Of a stretch of DNA of 64,000 bases, positions 1-12,160 are shown piece by piece. The stretch's first letter is position 1. Every line of letters starts with the position of its first letter. Both the position numbers and the translations under genes were made by a program. The notes beneath the pieces are model-generated. The model worked only from the letters and a program-made list of their open reading frames with translations. It searched no databases and had not been told where the DNA came from. Source of the stretch: Bugula neritina (Eukaryota > Animalia > Bryozoa); contig OZ037768.1 of NCBI GenBank assembly GCA_964035545.1, forward strand, positions 21,857,319 to 21,921,318, written 5' to 3'.

Positions 1-539
1 AGTTTTTGTAAGTAAAAAGCTTGAAATGGCTTGATAATGACATTTTATAAAATGCAGGTTTAGAAAGACCTTAATTGTTAATTTCAGAAATCTTTGTGGC
101 ATGATAAATTTTTTGTCTTTAATGATATTAAACAAGCAACTTGCAAACCTAAACACAGACCAAGTATTATTTAAACAAAGTCTGCAATCTTTCGACTCTA
201 TCTTCACCTCTAGTCATGCATTCAACATAAAACTAGTTATGTGTATCATGCAAGCAAGTTTCTACTTTTTCAATTTTAGTTCTGCACAAAATGCTAATTC
301 ATGTTCTCATACTTATAAGACTAAAAAGCCATAATAGAAAACAATTACTGCTAAAATAATTGTCCTTTTAAAATTTCAATCTGTGGAAATTTGTAACAAA
401 CTAATAACATTTCTTTGAAATAAATGTTAACGTATTTGTATGGCACAAAGTTTTATTACATATTATAAAAAGGTTGAAGATTTATATTTGATCTCTATAA
501 AAAGTGTTCATACAATCAGTTAATTTCTATAGTCTTGTG

Positions 540-1913
540 CTATACAAAAACTGCCAATCTAAATTTCCTACAGTAATTATTTCTTTTGAGACTTTCTGGA
601 AGTTGAACAGTTGACGGCATAGACTGAGAGCCTGCACTATGTGTACTAGTTGCACTCAGACTATTCTGAGATAAAGTAGTTTCTTTTTTATTTGAAGCTG
701 GTGCCAACTCCATGCTGTCACTAATGTAGCTGTTTGCAGTGATTACATCTGGCTCGTCCATTGATAATGTTGGAGTTGACACAAACGTTTTCTTCTTTGA
801 TATTCTTATTGGATTGTATAGAGTGCTCTCCTCTACACTGTTTGCCCGAGAGCGAGATGTCAATGTTTGCTTGGCTGAGCTGATTAAATTATTTGGCAAT
901 TTTTTGTGAGACTCTTCAGTCAAAGCTAACAGTGGCTGTGGGGAGTTATCGCTACGCTTTGGGCTAGTGATACATGATTCAACTGATCGCCGCTTACGGC
1001 TGAATCTGGGAGTGCTACTTGCGCTATTATTTGCTGAAGAGGGTGTGGAAAGCATATCTTCTTCTAAGTTGACCATAGCAAAGGTGTCCCACGTGTTTAT
1101 CTCTTTGTTGTATTTCAGTGGCGGAGTTAATGGGAAGTCTTCGTCCGCATGCGACATGCTCCTATCACTACTGTTTGTGTAGTCCAGATGTGTGACCCCT
1201 GAATCGGCTTGAGGAGAAAAGTCCTGTTTGTTTGGTTGTAAAACATCGGCTAAGTTTTCAGCGAATGATGCGTCTGAGTAAAAGCCTTCTTCTATCTCCA
1301 GCGTGCATTCCATCTCCTCCTCATATATTCCATTATACGAAGTGCTTTTTACAACTTCTTTAGTTTCAGTGGAAACAGCGAGACTGTACGGGTTTTCAAA
1401 TGCGGATACATTTTCTGAATAAGTTGAGTGTATTGATTCCACTAATTCTAAACCATGCCCATCCCAATCCAACTCCTGGTGATCCTCATTTAACGTCTGC
1501 GTTGAACCCACAGAAAATTGTTTTGCTGATGGCGTAGTGAGCACACTAGGAGAACAACTTCTTCCGGAACAATGAAAACAATCACCTAAAGCAGCTATTT
1601 GACTTAAACTAATATTTCTTACATCTTCATTGCTACTTTTACATTGTAGTACATTTTCCTCTCTCAACCACTGCTCAGCGAGTTCCAGTAAATCTCTTTC
1701 TTCTGCACAAATTGATTGGTTAAAGTTAAGTTTTTGTGAGATCCGATAAAGTACCTGTTTGACAGCGGTGATGTTGGCAAGAGCTTCCTCTACGCTCTTT
1801 GCTAGATTCAAAATACTCGCAGCAATCACATAAACCTGCTTGCTGATTGCCTCGTCAGTTTTCCTTTCAGAATTTGAAGAACCCTTGTCTTTAAGTAATT
1901 TCTCTTTATCCAT
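540..1913 (-). CDS. Unidentified 457-aa Ser/acidic-rich, largely low-complexity protein (single large exon; may continue by splicing beyond the left edge)
   Basis: Long open frame in AT-rich DNA; ATG is preceded by an acceptor-like 'ctctag|gttaatATG' (- strand), implying an upstream UTR exon. N-terminal helical stretch, an ELDWD motif, and a basic-then-hydrophobic end (RKFRLAVFV). No family recognised. Confidence 0.6.
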   Translation of the reverse strand: MDKEKLLKDKGSSNSERKTDEAISKQVYVIAASILNLAKSVEEALANITAVKQVLYRISQKLNFNQSICAEERDLLELAEQWLREENVLQCKSSNEDVRNISLSQIAALGDCFHCSGRSCSPSVLTTPSAKQFSVGSTQTLNEDHQELDWDGHGLELVESIHSTYSENVSAFENPYSLAVSTETKEVVKSTSYNGIYEEEMECTLEIEEGFYSDASFAENLADVLQPNKQDFSPQADSGVTHLDYTNSSDRSMSHADEDFPLTPPLKYNKEINTWDTFAMVNLEEDMLSTPSSANNSASSTPRFSRKRRSVESCITSPKRSDNSPQPLLALTEESHKKLPNNLISSAKQTLTSRSRANSVEESTLYNPIRISKKKTFVSTPTLSMDEPDVITANSYISDSMELAPASNKKETTLSQNSLSATSTHSAGSQSMPSTVQLPESLKRNNYCRKFRLAVFV

Positions 1914-2062
1914 ATTAACCTAGAGTTTCACTGGCGGTTAGAGAGAGATGTAAATGTTTTCAGGTAGATAAGTTAACTGAGTAATATCCTAGAATGCAAA
2001 GTAACACGTGATTGTATTATTTAATATGCATACACATCATCCTAGAGTTTAATCAATATATA

Positions 2063-2813
2063 CACTGCGTTTCCATGAAGGCGAATGAATGCGTACGGAT
2101 GCCCGTACGGATTACATCGAAGGAAAAACCACACGTTCCTATGCAATCCGTACGAAGTTATCTTCTCTTTGCAACTGTGACGGCTGAACTAAAATGATAA
2201 TTAGTATGGCCAACTTTGAGTTTGAGTTCATGCACAACGACAATTTTTTAATTCTGTCTCCATTTTTGATAGATTAAATCAACTAAATACACAAACTTTG
2301 AGTCAGTTTATTTAAAATAAAAAACCATAAACCAATGAAAGCATAACGTATTTCTTAATCGATAAACAAAAGCTTAAAAGTAATTTAAATTTTCAAAATG
2401 AAAAAGCTGTCAACTTATTTTTAGCTTCAGAAAGCTTTGGCTTGCAGAATAGTTTTACAAATTTAAGATGATTAGTAATTATTTTAAATAATAGCAGCTA
2501 GGATAAATAAAATAATTTAAATTTTTAAAAGTCGGAGTACACTTTAGCGTAGGTTGTAACCTATAATTATTATTGTTAGCATCGCGTAACTATGTAACTA
2601 GCCGCCACAAATGCTGATCTCTGCCTCCGGCACAAAAGGTTTCATTCGATTTAACCGAAGGAACCATTTCCATGATGCGCATAATGCGAAGGAAAATTTT
2701 CATCGAAGGAGCCGTTCGGTGTAATTTCCGGCTGCGGTTTTGCTTCGATGCAACTGTTTCCATAGGGCGAATGAGAAAATCCATTCGCATAATGCGATAA
2801 TGGAAACGCAGTG
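2063..2813. mobile_element. Non-autonomous CACTG/CACTA (CMC/EnSpm-type) DNA transposon, 751 bp
   Basis: Perfect 14-bp TIRs CACTGCGTTTCCAT (2063-2076) / ATGGAAACGCAGTG (2800-2813); 3-bp TSD ATA (2060-2062, 2814-2816); CpG-rich subterminal repeats of the TTTCCAT..GCGAA motif; AT-rich non-coding core. Confidence 0.85.
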
Positions 2814-4214
2814 ATAGTGGTGCAGTTCTCTAATATTATATTAGCAATGTCAGACAAACACGCCTAGTAGCCTATAACGCAACGTGAATAATATAGACCC
2901 CTATAACACATACAATGTAATATTTATATAGTTCATCTAGTTGATGAACAAATTTTTGCATAACAGTAAAATATTTTGAATTTGCAATCAGCCATTTCTT
3001 ATATTACTACTGTAATGTCTTTTTTATAGTTGTATAAACCACAATCACTAAAATCAAATAACACACATGATGATTGTGTATAGAAGTTTCTATCAATATA
3101 ATATTAACATAGCATGTAATACAGCTTAAGCTGCTCATAGTGTTATAACTACAAATATTACTATTGCAGATACTTGTCTTCACCTATAAAACAAATGGTA
3201 CGTATGCAAAAAACAAGCTGATACTCCTGTTATTAAATATGCCCTCTTCATTATTTGTATAAATATATATAACTAAATTCATATATGCATTATGTGCAAG
3301 TGTGCATGTGTTAATCATTATTTGTAACTTTTTTAACTAAGGTCATGGTGTTTTTGATATTTTGTAGCACAGTATAACCCAATGCCCTTGAATGTCTCAG
3401 GATTACTTGGTCCTGCCACATACTCCTTTGAACAGAGTGTATATAATTATTTAATGAAGTGTTTGAACTAATACAGAGTTCAATATCATATTATATGATA
3501 CTTCACTTACAAAGAGTATTTATATCAACATTTGGAATCGTAAAGATATCACTTGAATCATGGGCATACGGAGTAGATTATATACTAATTAACTTATATC
3601 ATTTGTATATCTCAAACATCTTCATCAGGTTCTTGACCTTAATCAAATATCATGAATATTACCTGATACAGCAATAAATATTGATTGCCTTAGCTCATTA
3701 TAAAGCACAGTGATACTGAAAGGTGGGGTGATTTAGATACCACTTTTTAGTCACTATTTCATCATATCTGCTCATGAATGGCAATTATGTTCAAATCTAA
3801 GTCAATTGTAAGATATTTCCAATATATGTCTAGAAAATTTTCAGTGATAATTTATATAAGAGATTTTGTGAACAATTAAAAGCACTTTGACTATAAACTT
3901 TATACAAGGAAGCGTGATAGATGTTTTATTTATAGCTTTAATTGCTGTGTGCTGCGCGTGTGTGTTAGATATGTGTATGCAGTATGTTTAATATATTGCA
4001 ATCAAAACTTAAACCTTCTGTAAATTTTGCAGATCATACTCTACTTGTATAAGCGACTTTTAGACTTAGCAATGATCTAATATGGCATATTGTACAGTTG
4101 GCTTTTGCTAAATGGATAGAGTGCATAACTCCCAATTAGTCACTCCGCCTACGATGGCACTGAACTAAAACTACAAAATGATGAAACTAAATTAATATAG
4201 ATTAATGCCCATAA

Positions 4215-4981
4215 CACACTACAGTCGAAACGCGACTGTGGCGGCCATTTTGGAGCTGCTTGCGCATGCCTTCAACGTCACGTCCTACTTTTTGCTGGTC
4301 ACACTACAGTTCACTACGAACGATGAAAGCTAACTGTCTCTAGTCTCGCAGTAAACTTTTAAACCAATAGGAATGCCATAAACCAGTTTCTGCAGTATCC
4401 ACAGTAACCAACAATTAATCTTAGCGCAATTTTTTGAGATTTACTAGCATAATTTAATAAGATTTTCTAGTTATTTTTATTCTAATTTACTAGCTTCAAT
4501 TATTCAAAATTACTAGCTTTATTTAATGATATTACTTAGCTTTATTCAATCTCATTCACTAGCCTAAAGAACTAAATAGTTATAGTACGCTAATAAAATT
4601 CAACCAAATTAGAAAAACTAAATATGCAGATAAAATTTAGCAAAATTTATCTAATGAATACTTATTTTCATGATTTATTGAAACTTTCATACATAACTTC
4701 ATCATAATTATTTTAAAAGTAAAATAATATAATTTTCGAAGAACCAAATCAAAGAATAATGCTCGCTAGTAGCACGTGGAAAAAGTAAAAGCACTTAACC
4801 AATCAGGGTTTACCTGGCCAGTCAGTGATTGGCTGATCGCTCAACTTCAGCGATGACAGTTGAACATGTTGAACTTTCATCGCATCGCGAAAAACTGACA
4901 GTTGCGTTCAGTTGTGACGTCACAGAGGTCAACGCTTAGCCTCGAAAACGCGTTCAAGATGGCCGTTTTGACTGTAGTGTG
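4215..4981. mobile_element. Non-autonomous CACTA-ended DNA transposon/MITE, about 765 bp
   Basis: Inverted termini CACACTACAGTCGAAACG (4215-) / CGTTTTGACTGTAGTGTG (-4981) with one mismatch; the inversion extends inward (GGCCATTTTG / CAAGATGGCC); an internal CACTACAGT copy near 4302; CpG-rich ends around an AT-rich core. No clear TSD. Confidence 0.7.
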
Positions 4982-6010
4982 GCAGCCCCATTAGGGAAAT
5001 CATTATAATGTTATACTTACTGGTTAAACTCAAATACAAAGTATATTGTTATCGGCAGCAATTAAAATAATTATGGTTACCTTTGTAGTTGATCTGGTAA
5101 CGAATCCTTGAGTATGTACCTGGAACTAACATATTGATTATCTGCAGTACGAACCTCATGTATTTGGTCAATTATGATGTTGGTTTAATATTGTGTATGA
5201 TGCTGTAAGTGGATATGTTATTGCCTGGTAATATATGCAAACGGATTCTCTGATTTCAATGTTATATATCACTATATGGTGTGTTTGAATAGCACGTAAT
5301 AACTAATAATCAAATAGTATTCAATGTTACTATAAGTAAATTGCTAGCAGAACTTAGCTTAGACCTGCATAGACTGAGCGAACAGTCTTAATAGCCTACC
5401 TGCAAGTCTATATATATCATAGACATGGCATTGAGTGCAGAATAAATGTTTTCGTCACAGTATTTAGGTCTCACCTCTTTTACATTTGAAAATACATGCC
5501 GTCAACCATACAGAATATTTTAAATATAAATAAACAATATTTTTATTAGCAAATTCACCAATACAGCTTTGAATTGCCCTAGAGACTGGTGAAATGCTCA
5601 CAAGTGAAATATATATGGTTATGAGCCTTATTAACAATGAAGTATGTACAAAGTGACATAGTAGTTGACAAAGAGATGGTCAAAACCCATACATATTTTA
5701 TACAGGAAATAGTTTTTGTAAATAGAAGAAATTTGTTACTAGAGTGCAGTCTAACATCATACATGCATAACTATGTTGTTGCAGTTTGCTCTATGAACAA
5801 TAATAGAAGTATATAAATAATAAGCAGAATAATATAGAGGGTATATATGGTATGGTACATTTATACAAGGACAGACTACACTGGCAATACAAGCCAATTC
5901 AAATGCTTTATATTCCGTAATACAGGGTTTATAAATTAATATTCTGGAATCTTCTATATTACACTATAAAGCATCACCACTGCATCCTGTGTAGGTTGTC
6001 GGTCAACTTT

Positions 6011-9000
6011 CTACATATCGTCCAAATTAGGAAGCCAGAAACCCTAAAAAGTAACATAAAATAAGTTGTAATTCTTACCAGCAAAGGGAATAAATACAAC
6101 AGAACTAATTTTCTTGGACGTGTAAGTACTTCATTGCTTTTACTATCAATAATGGACTAGTGAAGTTGTCTCTCCTACTTGACTAAAGTTGACTTAGTGA
6201 AGTGTATTTTTGGCTAGTAATAATGATATACCACACTTGCCAGTGTTATGCTATAAGGCAGTGTAAACTGCAATTTTTATTAAGATTTAAAAAGAAGTAC
6301 CCTATAAGATTAAACACAGCTAGTCCCACTGCCAATGACTGAAGTTTAGATACATCATTGGAAATATCAGAGTCTGTATTTTTCTTAGACCTGATATATT
6401 GAAGACAATGTAAACTGGACACACTCCGCAAGCACACATACATGTATCACAACTAAACACAATATAACAGTAACTGACTACATATTACTACTGCAACTGT
6501 ACACCATGTAGGACAGTGCTAAATCTTAGATGTAACAATATATAGGTGGTTGTGTTTAGAAAACGAATAAATAAAACATAAGCCACAAGGGAGCAAGTGT
6601 CAGTGTGAGAGTCACAATATTATGCTATGTATCATTGTAGCAGGGAGCTCTATATAACCAGCATGGATAGTGTGGCGCTAGGATACCTACCCTCCCCCAC
6701 CTTTCCTTATCCCCCTATCCTCCCCTACCTTTCCTTATCCCCCTTACCCCCATAGCTGTCTACACTCCCTACCTTTCCTTATCCCCCCTACCCTCATAGC
6801 TTCCCTCAGTCTACACTGAATATAGTGTTGTATAAAGCTAAGAGTCACATGACATTGGTATGTATACATGTAGATTGGGTTTATATACAACATATAATCA
6901 CAGACTGTGTGAAAGAGTTTATGCTAATGGAAACACAAGCGCTATTAGCAAACATAATTTAGAATGTCATACAAGTGTCTCATGTATCAAAGAAACACAC
7001 ATACTACACCATTTCAATATCAATGATAAAACAGCCGGAGTCTATTTAATAGGCAATTAGCAACCAGTTGAAACTTGAATTTCAATCTAACTGCAAGAAC
7101 TAGTTATTGTGAGCATAAAAATGAAAGAAACCTTTATTGAAAAATGATTTGAAAATAATAGAATCCTATATTGAGAAATCTGAAACAAAACTGACAGAAA
7201 AATACTTTTCGTTTCCAGAAAGATAAGTAAACACGTGCCGACACTACGTACCATGTGAGTGCAGGCGCTGGCCATCATCATATACTTGGGGTTGAACTGC
7301 ATGCACTGTATAGGAGCCGTGTGGTCACTGGTCAGTACACACACCTTAGACCCTGTTTCTGTGTTCCAGATGTGTACCTTACCATCTGTAGAACCTGCAT
7401 GAACACACAATATCGACCTTGAGCAGTGTGAAGGTCAAAGTATTGAAGTTTTGCTATAACTTTATTCAATTTAATACTTTTAGATTTTGTGATCAACTTG
7501 CTGTGAGAAGATAACTCTGTAGGGAAAATACTGATGCACATAGGGGAGATAACTTTAAGACCTGACTTTTGTTTTATTATAATATTATAAGGGCTGAAGA
7601 GCGTGTATAGTACAAACATTATGAATAGTTGATTACACTTTTATTGCTTAGCTTAAACGGAAATATTTCCCTTCAAGAATTCAAATTTTATTACAAAAGT
7701 AATATTGTGCATTATTGGTGTTTTTAGTGGCCACAGCAAAAAACATTATCACATGTATAAGGTACATCACATCCATTCACAACTCAACTATACACAACTC
7801 ACCATTCAACACAAACTGGGAGTCAGGAGTGAAAGAGGCCTCCAAAGCTATCTTCTTATTGTTGGTGAAGCCCTGAAGACAGTAACATTAAAACAATATA
7901 CAGTTTTAATTAGTCTTACTGCTCACTGGTATCATCAAGTTCATTCCTCTCCCATAAGGCATGTGTCAGTAATAATGTATCTCCAGGTTTAACATTCAAA
8001 AACAGTATTTTAAAGGCATTTCAACAACACTTTCTTTAAATTACAAAGACCCAGTTTTAGGCAGAACAGCTGACATGCTTATTGTTAAATACAACTTTAT
8101 CAGGTAATACATCTGAGCACCAAACTCAAAACTATACACAAGCTAAGTGAAAAACACAGCAAGTTAGTTGAACACCAACCATAAATGTCTGGAGAGGTCC
8201 ACCTTGAAATGCATCGACTAGACGAAGTGTCTGCCCATTTGTAGACAACAGAATGAGTTTACCGTCTGGACTGAACTTTAAGCCCGTCCAATCACAGTCC
8301 CTATCCGCCTGCAGCTTGAACGTTGCGAAGGGTCCCTGAAAAATTGTGATTTATTTAAGCATTCAGTAACAATTAAAGGGGAGGGGAGACAATCAAAGGA
8401 ACAGTTTACAGTTTCATGATTAGGTGATTATGTTATGTTCAACACCTTATAGTATCCAACAGTGTGGTCTACACCAACACTTGAAGGGTCTGAATAATAA
8501 GACAACTCCCAACACACAAGCTCTGCTTATTTTTTATGAAGTTGTAAACACAATAAAACAGCTATTCACCAAATAGAATTACATGTTATGAGAACAGAAA
8601 GACACCAGAATTTGCTTTAATAATGAATGTAGACATCCTCTGTAGTAAGTTGTTGTTCATGTGCCGAGTTATTTATATACCAAACAGTAATACGCATTAA
8701 ATACATATGAAGTAACAGATTTGTGATTCATTTCTATGTTATATATATATAACCTTATAGAGTCAGTTCTTTCTACGCTGTCAAGCTGTACACTTTATAC
8801 CTTACAATAATAAACCTTACGATACCTTGTCAAATGACCTGAGGTCGTAGAGTTTGATTTGTTCGGAGTTGATGCCGGCAGCGAATATTAGACCCTCAGG
8901 ATCAAAACCAGCCACAGGTCTGCCAGGTAAATGCATGAGACCCTGAAATAAAACTTCCTTTGTACTAGATGTGACGAAATCAAACAAGTAGCATTGCAAT

Positions 9001-10428
9001 TATAAACCTTTATAGTAAATTGACATTTAAAAAATTAATACCGTAAATATATAAATTAGAATGAACAAGAACTGTATGAAGAACACAAGGATTGGTAGAT
9101 GTAAGACTACACTACTATCATGGAAGTTTATTACATTCAAGCGAGCTTTGATAAACTTACGTGACAGTTGGGTGAGCGCAAGTCCCAAAGTCGGATAGTC
9201 TTGTCTAAGGAGCCTGATATAAACGTATCATCAATAGGAGACATGCACAGTGACACAACTCTGAAATATTAGTTGTACAGAAAGTTATTACATGAAAGTG
9301 ATTGCCTCAATGACTTACAATTAGGATTCAATTCTACACTACACAGCAGTTGTGCAATGAAATTACTCTAAATTATTCTAAACGTTTTTTTCTTTATTAC
9401 AATATAGAATCTGCACACCACTGATTATAGGTAGCTTAAATAGACTTCAGAGTATCACAAAAAATGCTAGCTAGAATGACCAGCAGACAAAGTAGTATAA
9501 ACATCCAACCTTACATAGAATAAGAGAAAATAATATTTTACATGTGGTTCAATCAGATAACAGAAAACTGCTTTACCGTTTTATTGGGTGAATAAACTGA
9601 ATCGATTTGTAAAACTCTTTCAGCAAAAATCCATCTCTTTAATTGTATTTAGATGTACTTACTTTTTCGTGTGGCCAGGAAAGTATCGGATGTATTTATT
9701 ATCGTGTAAAGACAGGTATCTGAGTGTATCTAGGAAAAGGGAAACAATAAATGGGTAAATCAAGACCAATTTTACTCAGAGGCATCTTTTAGTATTAGAA
9801 AACACCACTTTTGAAAACATAAAGAACTAGTAGCATAAAAAACATAAAAATTAGTTGAGATTTAGCGCAGGACAGCAATGTATATATATTGCTTTCCACC
9901 TGAACAGATTTGTTTTAATTTACACATAAAACTCCCCCAATTCTCGTATTTAGTAGTATTTAACAAATGACAAAAAACAATACTCCTCTAACAAGAATTA
10001 AACTTAGTAACAAAAGTAAATCCCTGAAAACCATGTTATTAGCTGAACTCAAATAAGCAAAGATGCAGCTACTCACCATCAACTTTAGTTGAACTGTGGA
10101 TGGCTGTGTTTTGAGCATGTGTATAATTTATTAACCCAACTCCATATTTCTTACTGTTTAAATTTTTCTTTGGCCTAAAAAACCGTATATATTTATTTGC
10201 CTAGGGAAACCGTCATTAAAACAGTTGTAGGTTGACAACCATGTATTAACTGTATATGTCTACTCACGTTCCATTTTGACAATCATAAATAACTATTTGA
10301 TCATCATCACTGCTTGAAATCAAAGTATCGCCTTGGGGTGAAAAGTTTATGCTATTTATGACATCTTGGTTTTCCCGAAATACTTTGGCAGTTTTAAAAG
10401 TTTTTATCACTTGATCTGTCAACTTCAT
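6011..10428 (-). CDS. WDR82: WD repeat-containing protein 82 (Swd2; SET1/COMPASS and PNUTS-PP1 subunit), 314 aa
   Basis: Exons 10428-10268, 10174-10077, 9729-9663, 9260-9161, 8942-8826, 8335-8180, 7872-7803, 7394-7252, 6043-6011 (945 nt, all GT-AG, phases consistent). Peptides [80 protein letters not shown] match WDR82. Confidence 0.96.
6684..6800. repeat. C-rich imperfect repeat (CCTACCTTTCCTTATCCCCC, about 3 copies) in the last WDR82 intron
   Basis: Direct reading; G-tracts on the transcribed (-) sense strand. Confidence 0.7.
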
Positions 10429-12005
10429 GATGTACACTGTCAACAAATATGATAATAAATGTAGAACGAAGCTTATACTATTCAATTAAAGGCATGTATC
10501 TATGCTCACTGCCAATGCAATTGCTCAAAATTAGATTGGCTAAGTAGACAGTCTTCACATTTCACTATATATTATTCACACATAACAATTATCTTAAATA
10601 TTTGATATTTCAAGAAATATTCAACATCATACTGTAAACTGACGAGGTTAACTAGTTCAATTACTATCACATACATTTCAGTTCTGCGGCATAAAAATTG
10701 TTACAAGCATTACCATCAAAATTCAAGCACTTCACGAATATATTAAATTCAAATTCACTTATTGCATTGCAATGGTGATATATTTTTTTAAAAGTGAATT
10801 GCTACTTTTTGAATATCTACTTATATTTTAGATAAAGTTGCTTTACGTAGTAAACTAAATATAATTTTCAGAGCTAATCTGTTTTTTCCAATGCATATTT
10901 TGCTCTAATAAAAAATCACTGCTGAAAAAATTCTGAATTAACAGTTTCTATGGGTAATATCTTTACCATTTTAAGCTCTACCAGCTATAACTACTTGAAA
11001 CTACATTAATATTTTTGAAATCTATAACTTTTTATACACAACTTAATAAATAAATAATGCTTTTGGTAATTAGGTAAGTTGAAACAAAATTGCAGTAGCT
11101 ACATTTGAAAATCATTAATAGATTGGGAGGATTAGGCAAGTTAATCTTATACTTAAATTTAATTCTTGCCAGTCCACTTGAGACAACTCGAGAAACTGTC
11201 GAAGAAATTTGAACTTTAGTCAAATTAAGAAAACTTAACAGGCTCTATTAGTATGAAAAACGATTATTACGATGAGTGTTGAGTGCTAGCACCAGTTGTA
11301 CCAAAAGTATAAGCGTTCAGTATAAAATTAAATAGTCATTACTCATAGTCATTCATAGCCCTAGCACTAGTATTAATTTTCTGCACAGTTCGTGTACAGG
11401 CATAATCAATTATCATAATGATAATAATATACTCCTATTGATATTCATACGAGTTTAATTTACTGGAAATCTAGCACCAAAAGTCACAGCACACGGCCAC
11501 AGGTTTGAGTATAATTGAACTTTTTTAAAAGAACTTCTGTTATACTTACTTATAGTTACTTGGTGTTGCTCAATACTTATACCATTAATTTTAAATTCAT
11601 TATAATCAAAATTATTACTATTACATTTAGTTTTACAATTAGTATTAGTATTACTATTACACTTACAGTTACTGTTATTGTTAAACTTAGTGTCACAGTT
11701 CGTGAGTTAGTTAGTTACTATAACTATAAGTATAACTTAAACTATAACTAAAAGTTCTGGTATCATTATGATTATTTGATTAATATTATTCATATTGATA
11801 TTGATACTGTATTTTGTTATCAATATCAACTATCATTATGATTATAGTTTATTTTATTTATAGTAAAGTGATTTTGATCTATTGATTATCATTATGACTA
11901 TGATTAACTTTAACTTTAGTTATTGTTAATCTAAATTCTTAAAGTAATACAACCATTTATTTTTAATTTCATATTAAATTTAATACTTCAAGTTCAAGTT
12001 TAAAT

Positions 12006-12160
12006 TGTAAGATGATCTGATGTTGACAAGCTAGCAAGTACTAAAGCTACTAACAAGTGATAGCCGAAGGAAAGCCAACAAGGAACACTCTGGAGCTGGA
12101 GCTTAGCCTGGTAGGTTAATACTACATGGCGCAGTCAGCAGGGTACGAACCTGCGCGGGC
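12006..12160 (+). mobile_element. LTR-like relic (TGTA...TACA, 12006-12126) followed by a primer-binding-site-like sequence complementary to a tRNA-Ser 3' end (12127-12160)
   Basis: The reverse complement of 12127-12160 is GCCCGCGCAGGTTCGTACCCTGCTGACTGCG-CCA, the variable arm/T-arm/acceptor stem of eukaryotic tRNA-Ser plus CCA. It directly follows 'ACTACA' (CA|TGG junction typical of LTR/PBS). GC-richer island within very AT-rich DNA. Confidence 0.5.
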
